This document shows positions 46,408-55,655 of a stretch of DNA of 64,000 nt, piece after piece (the first letter of the stretch is position 1; every line of letters starts with the position of its first letter). Source of the stretch: an uncultured Pelagibacteraceae bacterium (GTDB taxonomy: Bacteria > Pseudomonadota > Alphaproteobacteria > Pelagibacterales > Pelagibacteraceae); NCBI GenBank assembly GCA_902565935.1, contig CACFGT010000004.1, positions 1,787 to 65,786 of the forward strand, read 5' to 3'. Made by a program: the position numbers and the translations under genes. The notes under the pieces were generated by a model that ran no database searches, was not told the origin of the DNA, and was given only the letters and a program-made list of their open reading frames with translations.

Positions 46408-47574
46408 TTAATTACTAAGCATTTTCTTGATATTTTCCAATGCTTGGGAAATATTATCTCTTGAGGCAGCAAAACTAAATCTTACATAATTTTGGCAGGT
46501 TTCACCAAAAGCTGAACCTGGTACAATCGCTACCCCGGCCTCATGCATAGCTTTCCTTGCAAATTCTGCACCATTCATACCAGTGCCAATTACTTTTGGA
46601 AATGCATAAAAAGCACCCCCAGGTAAACTACATTCTACACCTGGTAAATCATTTAAGCCTTTATGAATTAAATCTCTTCTTTGAGTGAATTTTTCCATCA
46701 TTTCATTAATTGAGTCATCTGGGCCATCTAAAGCAGCGATACCAGCAAATTGAGCTGCAGCATTAACACAAGAAACACTGTTAATTAATAATTTATTAAC
46801 ATGTTCTATTAAGTGTTGTGGCCAAAAACTCCAACCAAGCCTCCATCCCGTCATTGAATAAGCTTTGCTCCACCCCTCTAGCACAATTAACCTCTCTCTT
46901 AATTCTGGATAATGAAAAAAAGAAGGCATTTCTTTACCGTCAAAAATTTGTCTACTATAAATTTCATCACTTAATATTGTTACATGAGGGTGTTTTTTCA
47001 GACCGTCAGCTAAAAAATCAATATCTCTTTTTTCAACAAAACTTCCAGTTGGATTATTAGGATTAATTAAAATCAATAATCGAGTTTTGTCTGTAATCAA
47101 AGACAAAATTTTATCTGGATTAAACTTTAGATCTTTATCTTCAGTTAAATCATAAGGCACAGGTTTCGATCCCGTATAATTTATCATAGATTCATAAATT
47201 GGAAAAGCTGGTGTAGGATGTATAATTTCTGCACCTGGCTCACCAAAACATTGAATTGCATAATGCATTGTTGGTTTTCCACCAGGCATGATAAGTATTC
47301 TTTCAGAATCAACATCAACACTATAACGTTTTTTAATCCATCTAGTTACAGCTTGACGACATTCAGGGATACCATTTGACATAACATATCCATGATGTCC
47401 ATCGTCCAATGCTTTTTTAGCTGCCTCAACAACATGTTTTGGAGTTTTAAAATCTGGTTGCCCTAATCCTAAATGAATCATAGGTTTTCCCTGAGCCTCC
47501 AATTTTTTTGCTTCCGCAAGAACAGTAAATGCGGACTCAGTACCTAGTCTATCTAAACTCTTTGCCAATTTCAT
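46408..47574 (-). CDS. class I/II pyridoxal-phosphate aminotransferase
   Basis: NPNNPTG and the PLP-Lys context SKAYSMTGWRLG. 388 aa. Confidence 0.85.
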   Translation of the reverse strand: MKLAKSLDRLGTESAFTVLAEAKKLEAQGKPMIHLGLGQPDFKTPKHVVEAAKKALDDGHHGYVMSNGIPECRQAVTRWIKKRYSVDVDSERILIMPGGKPTMHYAIQCFGEPGAEIIHPTPAFPIYESMINYTGSKPVPYDLTEDKDLKFNPDKILSLITDKTRLLILINPNNPTGSFVEKRDIDFLADGLKKHPHVTILSDEIYSRQIFDGKEMPSFFHYPELRERLIVLEGWSKAYSMTGWRLGWSFWPQHLIEHVNKLLINSVSCVNAAAQFAGIAALDGPDDSINEMMEKFTQRRDLIHKGLNDLPGVECSLPGGAFYAFPKVIGTGMNGAEFARKAMHEAGVAIVPGSAFGETCQNYVRFSFAASRDNISQALENIKKMLSN

Positions 47575-47585
47575 AATTTTCCCCT

Positions 47586-48737
47586 CTATTTTCTATAGAT
47601 TAATTTTGAACTATTCAACTCTTTTAAATTCTTACAACCCATTAAAACCATGTTTCTATTGATTTCATCATGCATATTTTTAAGTAAATGTTCGACACCT
47701 TGTTGCCCTCCTGCGGCTAAAGAGAACAAAAACATTTTACCAAAACTACATGCTTTTGCACCTGCTGCAATAGCTTTTAAAACATGAGTTCCTCTTCTTA
47801 CTCCCCCATCCAAAATAATTTCTAACTTATCTCCAACTGCATCTGAAATTGCTTTTACCTGATCAAATGGTGATCTTGATCCGTCTAATTGTCTTCCACC
47901 ATGATTTGAAATCATTATCGCAGTACATCCAATGTCTAATGCTCTTTTTGCATCATCTACCGACATAACTCCTTTTAATGCGAAAGGCCCATTCCATTTC
48001 TTTACACAATACTCTGCATCTTTCCAATTCATTGCAGGATCATATTGCTCATTAATATAATCAATAACTGATTTTGCAATGTTTGTACCTTTGTCCGTTT
48101 TATTTGCTACATTTGCTAATTTAAATTTACCATGAGTTAAATAATTAAATACCCAACTTGGATGAAGAGCAAAACTCATTAAACTTTGCAGAGTTAGTTT
48201 TGGTGGAGTTGTAAATCCAGTTCGATGGTCTTTTTCTCTATTACCAGCAACTAATGTATCTACTGTTAGACACATACCATCAAATCCTGACCTCCTACAA
48301 CGATCTATTAAATCATCAGTTATTGATTGATCTTTATGTACATACAACTGAAATAATTTTGGACCACCAGAAATATTTGATATTTCCTCAATGGTGTTAT
48401 TTGCCATTGTAGACATACTGTAAAACGTTCCAAATTTATCTGCTGCTCTAGCTGAAGCCTTATCTCCATCATGATGGTAAAGTCTTTGCATAGCACAAGG
48501 AGATAAAAAGATTGGCATATCGATTTTTTTTCCAAAAATAGTCGTTGATAAGTCTGGTTTTCCAACACTCGCTAAAACATTTGGAACTAAGTCACAATCA
48601 TCAAAAGATTTTGTATTTCTTCTAAGAGTTATTTCATCGTCAGAGCCACCATCAATATAATGAAAAATTGGTGAAGGTAATTTTTTTTTTGCAAGTTTTC
48701 TAAAGTCATCAAAATTATAGCAATTTTGTAAACTCAC
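47586..48737 (-). CDS. FMN-dependent L-2-hydroxyacid oxidase/dehydrogenase (LldD / glycolate oxidase family), paralog A
   Basis: SNHGGRQLDGS active-site motif and TIM-barrel FMN family sequence. 383 aa. Confidence 0.85.
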   Translation of the reverse strand: MSLQNCYNFDDFRKLAKKKLPSPIFHYIDGGSDDEITLRRNTKSFDDCDLVPNVLASVGKPDLSTTIFGKKIDMPIFLSPCAMQRLYHHDGDKASARAADKFGTFYSMSTMANNTIEEISNISGGPKLFQLYVHKDQSITDDLIDRCRRSGFDGMCLTVDTLVAGNREKDHRTGFTTPPKLTLQSLMSFALHPSWVFNYLTHGKFKLANVANKTDKGTNIAKSVIDYINEQYDPAMNWKDAEYCVKKWNGPFALKGVMSVDDAKRALDIGCTAIMISNHGGRQLDGSRSPFDQVKAISDAVGDKLEIILDGGVRRGTHVLKAIAAGAKACSFGKMFLFSLAAGGQQGVEHLLKNMHDEINRNMVLMGCKNLKELNSSKLIYRK

Positions 48738-49888
48738 TATCTTCTAAATCTTAAATTATTTCTGTTCAAATCTGAAATCTTTGTGCAACCCATTAATTTC
48801 ATGTCTCTAACAAGTTCAGACTTGTATAATTCTAAGGCTCTTTCAACACCAGCTTGTCCTGCAGCAGCCAATGCATATAAATAAAGTCTTCCTCCAGAGC
48901 ATGCTTTTGCACCTAAAGATAATGCCTTTAACATGTGAGTTCCTCTATGAATTCCTCCCTCACAAATCACATCTAGTTTATCTCCAACAGCATCAACAAT
49001 TTCAGCTAGTTGATCAAATGGCGATCTCGATCCATCTAATTGTCTGCCGCCATGGTTTGAAACCATTATACCTGTACATCCTATATCAACAGCTCTTTTT
49101 GCATCTTCAACTGACATGACACCTTTTAATGCAAAATGTCCTCCCCATTGAGAGCAAAGTTTTTCAGCATCTTTCCAATTCATTGATTGATCCAACATTG
49201 TTGAAAAATAATTACCAATTGAAGTATTAGTGTCTGTGCCTTCTTTTACAAAATCTTGAAGATGAGGCAACTCAAACTTACCTTTTGTTAAATAGTTTAT
49301 TCCCCACATTGGCTTTGTAGCGAAACTAAATAAACTAGCTAAGGTAAGTTTAGGAGGCGATGTAAAACCAGTTCTTAAATCTCTCTCCCTATTTCCTCCA
49401 GTTATTGTGTCAACAGTTAATGCCATAACATCAAAGTTAGCAGCTTTAGCTCTTTCTAAACAAGAGTCATTTAGACCCCTATCTTTGTGAAAATAAAATT
49501 GGAACATTTTTGGAGTGTCAACCATTGCAGAAATTTCCTCAACGCTTACAGTAGCAAGAGCGGAAACGCCAAACATTGTATTAAATTTTTTAGCAGCTTT
49601 TCCCACTGCTCGTTCACCATCATAATGAAAAAGTCTTTGCAGAGCAGTTGGAGATAAATAAAAAGGTAAATCTAATTTTTTACCAAATATAGTTGTTGAT
49701 AAGTCCACATTCTCCACACCTCTTAAAACATTTGGAACAAGATCTACATCATCAAAAGCGCTTGTGTTTCTAGCATAAGTAATTTCATCGTCAGCAGCAC
49801 CATCAATGTAATGAAAAATTGGTGAGGGTAACTTTTTTTGAGCTAATTTTCTAAAATCACTAAAATTATGACAATCTTTTAAATTCAT
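48737..49888 (-). CDS. FMN-dependent L-2-hydroxyacid oxidase/dehydrogenase, paralog B
   Basis: Same length (383 aa) and colinear with paralog A. Shares motifs such as SNHGGRQLDGSRSPFDQ and KKLPSPIFHYIDG. Its stop overlaps the paralog A start by 1 nt. Confidence 0.85.
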   Translation of the reverse strand: MNLKDCHNFSDFRKLAQKKLPSPIFHYIDGAADDEITYARNTSAFDDVDLVPNVLRGVENVDLSTTIFGKKLDLPFYLSPTALQRLFHYDGERAVGKAAKKFNTMFGVSALATVSVEEISAMVDTPKMFQFYFHKDRGLNDSCLERAKAANFDVMALTVDTITGGNRERDLRTGFTSPPKLTLASLFSFATKPMWGINYLTKGKFELPHLQDFVKEGTDTNTSIGNYFSTMLDQSMNWKDAEKLCSQWGGHFALKGVMSVEDAKRAVDIGCTGIMVSNHGGRQLDGSRSPFDQLAEIVDAVGDKLDVICEGGIHRGTHMLKALSLGAKACSGGRLYLYALAAAGQAGVERALELYKSELVRDMKLMGCTKISDLNRNNLRFRR

Positions 49889-49896
49889 TTCAAATT

Positions 49897-50409
49897 TTAG
49901 AATTTTTTAAGGAAATTAAACATATAACTATTTGCCCCAGGATTTTTATCTCCTAAATTAGCGTTAGACAAATGATTATAAGAAAGGCCTAACTGAATAC
50001 TTTTCGGCATATCTACTGAAAGTTGAACTTCACTTTTAAATTCGAGAGTATTACCTAAATCTTTTCCATTTCCTGAGTCATAATATCCGGGTGTAAAGCT
50101 TGGCGTAAAATTTAATGAACCAATTTTATATTGTGCTTGAACTCCTGTGTAAAAATAAGTTGAATTGTCGGCTGTAATCATTGCTCCACTAACTGGTGAT
50201 AACTTGCCGATGAATGTATTTCGAATTAAATCATTGTTTCTATGTTGAACTCCAAAAAGAGTTGAATTTTTATCGTTATGACTGAAATCAAATAAACCAG
50301 TATAAAAATTTATCTCTGTATTATTATTGTCTATTTTAAGATCCTCTGCACAAACTGAATAACCCATAAAAAAAGACAGAACTAATATGTAAAAAGTTTT
50401 TAAATTCAT
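49897..50409 (-). CDS. outer-membrane beta-barrel, PagL-like lipid A deacylase / acyloxyacyl hydrolase family
   Basis: Signal peptide, alternating beta-strand pattern, an H-x-S-N motif (YNHLSNANLG) and a terminal Phe. 170 aa. Confidence 0.55.
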   Translation of the reverse strand: MNLKTFYILVLSFFMGYSVCAEDLKIDNNNTEINFYTGLFDFSHNDKNSTLFGVQHRNNDLIRNTFIGKLSPVSGAMITADNSTYFYTGVQAQYKIGSLNFTPSFTPGYYDSGNGKDLGNTLEFKSEVQLSVDMPKSIQLGLSYNHLSNANLGDKNPGANSYMFNFLKKF

Positions 50410-50422
50410 ATTCGCAATATAG

Positions 50423-50788
50423 TTAATTTTTTTTCAAAATAAATAATTTAAATATTATTGCACCACCTATCAAAAACAGCAATATTGGTAATAACCAAAG
50501 AAAATAGGTATTTTTGTTAAATTCTGGCTCGTAAAGAATCCATTCTCCATATTTATCTTTTAAAAAATCATAAATTTCTTTTTCCTTATAACCGTCATCT
50601 AATTTTTGTTTAACTAAACTTTTTAAACTATTAGCAAATTCTGAGTCAGAGTCGTAAACTGATTGTCCTTGACAAATTAGACATCTTAAATTTTTTGTAA
50701 TCTCATTTTTTAAATTTTCATTTTCAGCTTTAGCTAAATTAAAATTAAATAAGATTAAAACAATTAAAAAAAATTTTATGAATTTCAT
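50423..50788 (-). CDS. ccmH: cytochrome c maturation protein CcmH
   Basis: Signal peptide, the LRCLICQGQS (CxxC) motif, and a C-terminal TM helix. Confidence 0.8.
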   Translation of the reverse strand: MKFIKFFLIVLILFNFNLAKAENENLKNEITKNLRCLICQGQSVYDSDSEFANSLKSLVKQKLDDGYKEKEIYDFLKDKYGEWILYEPEFNKNTYFLWLLPILLFLIGGAIIFKLFILKKN

Positions 50789-51303
50789 CTTACTAAATCC
50801 TTAATTTCAGAAAATGAATCTGTATTAAGTGGACCAATTATTTTTTTTATAATATTTTTATCAGAAATTAAAAATGTTTCAGGTACTCCGTACGCGCCCC
50901 ACTCAATTGAAATAGTTCCGTTCTTATCCAAAATAATTAGATCATAAGGATTTTTAAGTTCATTTAAAAAAGATTTTGCATTGTCAGTTTTATCTTTGTA
51001 GTTTATGCCAATAATTTCCAAATTTTCTATTCTATTTAATTCCATCAAAAAACTGTGCTCTTCTCTACAAGGAATACACCAAGAAGCCCAAATATTTACT
51101 AAATAGAATTTTTTTTCTGCGAATATTTCTGATGAGTTGACTTCTTTTTCTTGATTAAATAATTTTCCAGAAAAAGAAGGAACTTTTTTTTCTATGATAT
51201 TGTCCGGAGCATAAATATTAGACTTATTTAGTCCTTTAAAAAAAACAATGAAAATTAAAAGGAAAATTAGTGATAAAAAAAACGGGAAAAATTTAACTTT
51301 CAT
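50785..51303 (-). CDS. ccmG: thiol:disulfide oxidoreductase CcmG/DsbE
   Basis: Thioredoxin motif WASWCIPC and GVPETF. 172 aa. Confidence 0.85.
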   Translation of the reverse strand: MKVKFFPFFLSLIFLLIFIVFFKGLNKSNIYAPDNIIEKKVPSFSGKLFNQEKEVNSSEIFAEKKFYLVNIWASWCIPCREEHSFLMELNRIENLEIIGINYKDKTDNAKSFLNELKNPYDLIILDKNGTISIEWGAYGVPETFLISDKNIIKKIIGPLNTDSFSEIKDLVR

Positions 51304-53170
51304 ATTTTTTTTTAAATAAACTTGTTAGACCTCCAAGACTAATTAAAATTACTGAAATCCAGATCCAAAGCATTAAAGGTTTTGTTTGATACCTTATATT
51401 AAAATATTCCTCATTTTGAACATAGTTCATAGTCATGAATTTATCTAAAAAAAAATTCGTTTTTATGTATGCTTCGCTTGTAACTATGTTTGGTTGATTA
51501 TAAATTCTTAATTCGGGGTAAAGTATATCAGTTTTTCCATCATTATTTTTTACACTAAATTTTCCAACGACTGACTCATAATTTTTTTGACTGGATTGGT
51601 TTACATCTTCAAATTTTATTATAAATTTTTCTGCTACATGAGTTTGTCCTAATTTTAAATTTATTATAGTTTCATTAGTTAAAAAGTTATTAAACAGAAT
51701 ACTCAATATCAAAAGACTAAAACCAAAATGAGATATATTTTGTGAAAAACTACTAAATTTTTTAACAAAAAAATCTCTTACTGTAACAAAGAATAGAAAA
51801 AAAGCTGATGAAATCAAAACAGTATATATAAGAAAATTGGTATCAAAATTTCTTACAATTAGTATCGATATTAATACGGATATTAAAAAAAAAATTATTA
51901 AGTTTTTTTTATCTTTAATTTCTGACTTTATCCATTTTAATTTGAGACCTAAAGTCATTGCAATTAAAAAAGGAATTAAAAAAGGTATAATCAATTTATG
52001 ATAAAATGGAGGACCTACTGATATTTTCTCAGATGAAATCACATCTAAAAATATTGGATAAATAGTTCCAATCAAAACAACTGACAAAAAGTACATCATA
52101 AACCAATTATTTACTATGATTGATGTCTCTTTACTAAACAGGTTAAAAGAATTTAAATTTTTATTATCTGTTTTATGAAAGAAGAAAAAGATAAATAGAG
52201 ATAAGAATATCAAAGAAAATAAAAAGACTAATATAAACAAACCTCTTTCAGGATCATTTGCAAATGTATGTACTGAATTTAGTATTCCTGATCTCACTAA
52301 AAAGGTTCCACACATACTTAGTGAGAATGTAGCTATAGATAAAATAACAGCCCAAGAAGTTAAGATAAGTCTTTTTTCCATAACAATAACACAATGCAGC
52401 AATGTAATTAAAGCTAACCAAGGCATCAAAGATACGTTTTCAACTGGATCCCAAAACCAAAAACCACCCCAACCTAATTCATAGTATGCCCAAATAGAAC
52501 CTAACAAAATTCCAAGTGAGAGCAAGATCCAAGATATCAATACCCAAATTTTAATATGTTTAGCCCACTCTTTAGATAAATAATTTGTAGAAGTGGCAGC
52601 AAGTGCTGATGAAAAAATTATAGATGAGCCAACATATCCTAAATACAAAATCGGAGGATGAATCGCTAACGCAGGATCTTGTAATATTGGATTAAGTCCT
52701 AAACCTTCCTCAGGTTTAGGTAAAACATAATTAAACGGATTTGATGTTTTCAATAAAAAAATAAAAAAACCAATTATAATCACTTGTTGGAATAATAAAG
52801 TTAAGACTCTATACTTTTTAGGTTGGGTATTAGATTTTATTAAAAAAATGAAAATAAATAATGTTAATACAAGTAACCAAAGTAATAAACTTCCTTCGTG
52901 ATTTCCCCAAGTACCGGATATCTTATAAAAAAGAGGTTTAGTTGTGTGAGAATGATTAAATACTGTTTCATTACTAAAATCAGAATTTACAAAAGATAGA
53001 ATTAACCCAATGAAACTTATAATAACAAATAAAAACTGTAAAAACGTGAAAATAACTATTTTTTTATCTAGATTATCAGAATTCTTAAAATTTTTAATTG
53101 AAAAAAAAATTATTAAAAAGGAAATTATTAATCCAAAATTTAACGAGTAAAATCCAATTATACTAGGCAA
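51293..53170 (-). CDS. ccmF: cytochrome c heme lyase subunit CcmF
   Basis: WWD motif WGGFWFWDPVEN. 625-aa polytopic protein. Confidence 0.9.
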   Translation of the reverse strand: MPSIIGFYSLNFGLIISFLIIFFSIKNFKNSDNLDKKIVIFTFLQFLFVIISFIGLILSFVNSDFSNETVFNHSHTTKPLFYKISGTWGNHEGSLLLWLLVLTLFIFIFLIKSNTQPKKYRVLTLLFQQVIIIGFFIFLLKTSNPFNYVLPKPEEGLGLNPILQDPALAIHPPILYLGYVGSSIIFSSALAATSTNYLSKEWAKHIKIWVLISWILLSLGILLGSIWAYYELGWGGFWFWDPVENVSLMPWLALITLLHCVIVMEKRLILTSWAVILSIATFSLSMCGTFLVRSGILNSVHTFANDPERGLFILVFLFSLIFLSLFIFFFFHKTDNKNLNSFNLFSKETSIIVNNWFMMYFLSVVLIGTIYPIFLDVISSEKISVGPPFYHKLIIPFLIPFLIAMTLGLKLKWIKSEIKDKKNLIIFFLISVLISILIVRNFDTNFLIYTVLISSAFFLFFVTVRDFFVKKFSSFSQNISHFGFSLLILSILFNNFLTNETIINLKLGQTHVAEKFIIKFEDVNQSSQKNYESVVGKFSVKNNDGKTDILYPELRIYNQPNIVTSEAYIKTNFFLDKFMTMNYVQNEEYFNIRYQTKPLMLWIWISVILISLGGLTSLFKKKYES

Positions 53171-53172
53171 GT

Positions 53173-53592
53173 TTATTTTCCCTCCAATGCTTCTTTAACC
53201 TCTGGGGGCATATAGTTCTCATCATGTTTTGCCAAAATTTTGGTTGCTAAAAAAAAATTTCTATCTTTAAGATAGCCTTCTGCAACGACCCCTTTACCCT
53301 CTTGAAATAAATTTGGAACTGCTCCAGAATAAACAACATTTATTTCATTTTTAAAATCTGTAATTACAAATTTAACATCTTGTGACACAATTTTTATTGA
53401 ATTCTTTTTAACCATTCCCCCAACTCTCATTTTTTTTTTATCAATCTCTGCATCAATCTTGATTTCAGATGGTGATTTGAAATAAACAACGTTTTCCTCT
53501 AAAGATTTTAAAATTAAGAATATTGATAATGCTAAAGTTACAATAGCTAAAAATATAAAAAAAAATCTTAATTTAACTTTTCGACCATACAT
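53173..53592 (-). CDS. ccmE: heme chaperone CcmE
   Basis: N-terminal anchor and the heme-binding His context [13 protein letters not shown]. Confidence 0.9.
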   Translation of the reverse strand: MYGRKVKLRFFFIFLAIVTLALSIFLILKSLEENVVYFKSPSEIKIDAEIDKKKMRVGGMVKKNSIKIVSQDVKFVITDFKNEINVVYSGAVPNLFQEGKGVVAEGYLKDRNFFLATKILAKHDENYMPPEVKEALEGK

Positions 53593-53602
53593 GGATTAAA
53601 AG

Positions 53603-53830
53603 TTAGATATTTGAAATATTAGATAAAATTTCTTTATTAATGTTTTGATTTCTAGCAAGTGTAGCTCTTTCGGAGTTTAAATTTCCAAACTTAGCAATAA
53701 ATTTTTTGTTTTCTCTGAGATATTGTTTTCTTGTGATCAGATATAATGATGTAAAACAAAAAAAAGTAAAGATAAAAGCTGACCAAACATAAAGTCCGTA
53801 ACCATTCATAAAAATTAAATCATTAATCAT
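53603..53830 (-). CDS. ccmD: heme exporter protein CcmD (probable)
   Basis: Small single-helix protein (GYGLYVWSAFIFTFFCF) between ccmC and ccmE. Overlaps the ccmC stop. Confidence 0.55.
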   Translation of the reverse strand: MINDLIFMNGYGLYVWSAFIFTFFCFTSLYLITRKQYLRENKKFIAKFGNLNSERATLARNQNINKEILSNISNI

Positions 53831-54534
53831 ATTCTATCTAACCCTTTATTCTTAATTTTTATCAGTTCTGTATTATATTTCATCAAAAAAATTAATAGAG
53901 AAAATAGTGCAAATGCCGCAGTCATGATTGCCAATGGAAATAACATCGACTCGTGAATAGAAGATTTTGTAAAAATATTTATTGAGGCAGGTTGATGAAG
54001 TGTGTTCCACCAATCTACTGAAAATTTGGTAATTGGAACGTTAATAAATCCTAAAATTGTAATAATTAATGTTATTTTATAAATTTGATCCTTATTTTCA
54101 TAAATTCTCCATGAAATTAAGTACAAAGCATAAAAAAACATTAAAATTAACATAGAGGTTATTCGTGCGTCCCAAGCCCACCAGGTTCCCCATGTTGGTT
54201 TTCCCCAGATTGAACCTGTAACTAAAGCAATTATATTAAAAACAAATCCAGAGGGTGCAAAACTTTTTGCAATTAAAAAAAAGTTCTTAATTTTAAAAAT
54301 ATAACCAAAGATTGATAGAAAAGTAATCATTGAAAAAATTCCTAGTGATATCCATGCTGCTGGAACATGAACATACATAATTCTAACTGAATTACCCTGT
54401 TTATAATCCTCTGGAGATAAAATTAATGCCTCAATCAAACCTATTGAGACTATGATGATAAAAAAAATCAACACATACTTAGGCGCTTTTGACGTAATAG
54501 AAAAAACTTTGTTTGGTTCAAAATATTTAAACAT
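53827..54534 (-). CDS. ccmC: heme exporter protein CcmC
   Basis: WWD motif WGTWWAWDARIT. 235 aa. Confidence 0.9.
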   Translation of the reverse strand: MFKYFEPNKVFSITSKAPKYVLIFFIIIVSIGLIEALILSPEDYKQGNSVRIMYVHVPAAWISLGIFSMITFLSIFGYIFKIKNFFLIAKSFAPSGFVFNIIALVTGSIWGKPTWGTWWAWDARITSMLILMFFYALYLISWRIYENKDQIYKITLIITILGFINVPITKFSVDWWNTLHQPASINIFTKSSIHESMLFPLAIMTAAFALFSLLIFLMKYNTELIKIKNKGLDRI

Positions 54535-54567
54535 TTTTATAACTGATTTTTAATATGAAAAAATTAT

Positions 54568-54627
54568 CTGATCAAGAATGTAGAGGGAGATAATAACGAA
54601 GGGTAATTTATTAACACTCTTGACCAG
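54568..54627 (-). repeat. 10-bp inverted repeat enclosing a 40-nt purine/pyrimidine-skewed insert, in the hspQ-ccmC spacer
   Basis: CTGATCAAGA (54568-54577) pairs with TCTTGACCAG (54618-54627). The single mismatch is a G-U pair only if the minus strand is transcribed. An inner UAAUAA/UUAUUA pairing is also possible. Confidence 0.4.
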
Positions 54628-54695
54628 AATAAGTCTCAGTTTAAATCGACGCTGTGTCAAAGATTTGAAGTAAATGTGTTAAAAAAATGATTTTA

Positions 54696-55016
54696 TCAGT
54701 TAGATTGCTTGAAATAACTCGACCCTTTTTTTCCTGAGAAAATCTCCTCTATTAAAGGGTGTTTTATTGGCTCATCGGAGTCGTCTACTAAAAGATTTTG
54801 TTCAGAAACATAGGCCTCGTAAGTTATTTCATCATTTTCAGCTAGAAGATGATAAAATGGTTGATCTTTTCTAGGTCGTACATTTTTTGGAATCGATTGA
54901 TACCATTCCTCAGAATTATTAAATTCAAAATCAACATCATAGATCACTCCTCTAAACTCGAAGTGCTTATGCTTAACAATATCTCCTATTGAAAATTTTG
55001 CTTTTTGAATTGGCAT
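54696..55016 (-). CDS. hspQ: heat-shock protein HspQ / hemimethylated-DNA-binding YccV family
   Basis: FSIGDIVKHKHFEFRGVIYDVD...PFYHLL pattern typical of the YccV domain. 106 aa. Confidence 0.8.
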   Translation of the reverse strand: MPIQKAKFSIGDIVKHKHFEFRGVIYDVDFEFNNSEEWYQSIPKNVRPRKDQPFYHLLAENDEITYEAYVSEQNLLVDDSDEPIKHPLIEEIFSGKKGSSYFKQSN

Positions 55017-55103
55017 CTAATTCAGTATGGGTATTTAAAAATAAAAATCAATAAGAAAAATTAGAGTTTTCTTAGAAATATTATTTATGTTAATATCTTA
55101 AGA

Positions 55104-55655
55104 GTGAATAAATCTTTTTTAAAGTTTCTAACTGATTTTGGCCCTTTAATTATTTTTTTTTACTACTACTACGATAGTGGAAAAGACCTAAAAGTAGCAA
55201 TTCCACCATTCATAATTGCGACGATAATTGCTCTATTAATAGTTTGGATATTGGAAAAAAAAATTCCAAAAATGCCTCTTGTGGGTGGGATATTAATCAC
55301 CCTATTTGGAGGTCTAACAATATATTTTAATAATCCAGTTTTTATTTATATTAAACCTACAATTATAAATATCTTATTTGGTCTAGCTCTTATTTTTGGA
55401 AGATATTTTACCAATGAACCAGTTCTTAAAAAATTAATGAGTAAATCAATTTCTTTAACAGATGAAGGTTGGGAAATTTTAAATAAAAGATGGATATATT
55501 TTTTCTTTGCTTTAGCAATTTTAAATGAAGCTGTGTGGAGAACTCAATCAGAAGAATTTTGGGTAAACTTTAAAGTTTGGGGATTATTGCCAATCACATT
55601 TATTTTTACAGCTTTTCAAATAGGGCTAATAAATAAACACAAAATAAATGAATAA
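55104..55655 (+). CDS. yciB: intracellular septation protein A (YciB/IspZ family)
   Basis: N-terminus FLTDFGPLIIFF and five hydrophobic helices. GTG start. 183 aa. Confidence 0.8.
   Translation: MNKSFLKFLTDFGPLIIFFYYYYDSGKDLKVAIPPFIIATIIALLIVWILEKKIPKMPLVGGILITLFGGLTIYFNNPVFIYIKPTIINILFGLALIFGRYFTNEPVLKKLMSKSISLTDEGWEILNKRWIYFFFALAILNEAVWRTQSEEFWVNFKVWGLLPITFIFTAFQIGLINKHKINE

Noticed and set aside
54570-54630. Plus-strand GGAGA...ACGAAGGGUAA resembles the GGAGAG / CCGAAGGGGCAA core of a glycine riboswitch aptamer, and SAR11 is known to use glycine riboswitches
   Set aside because: The match covers only a fragment of one aptamer. There is no downstream plus-strand gene to regulate, since the next gene on that side is on the minus strand. 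The flanking stem pairs better as minus-strand RNA.
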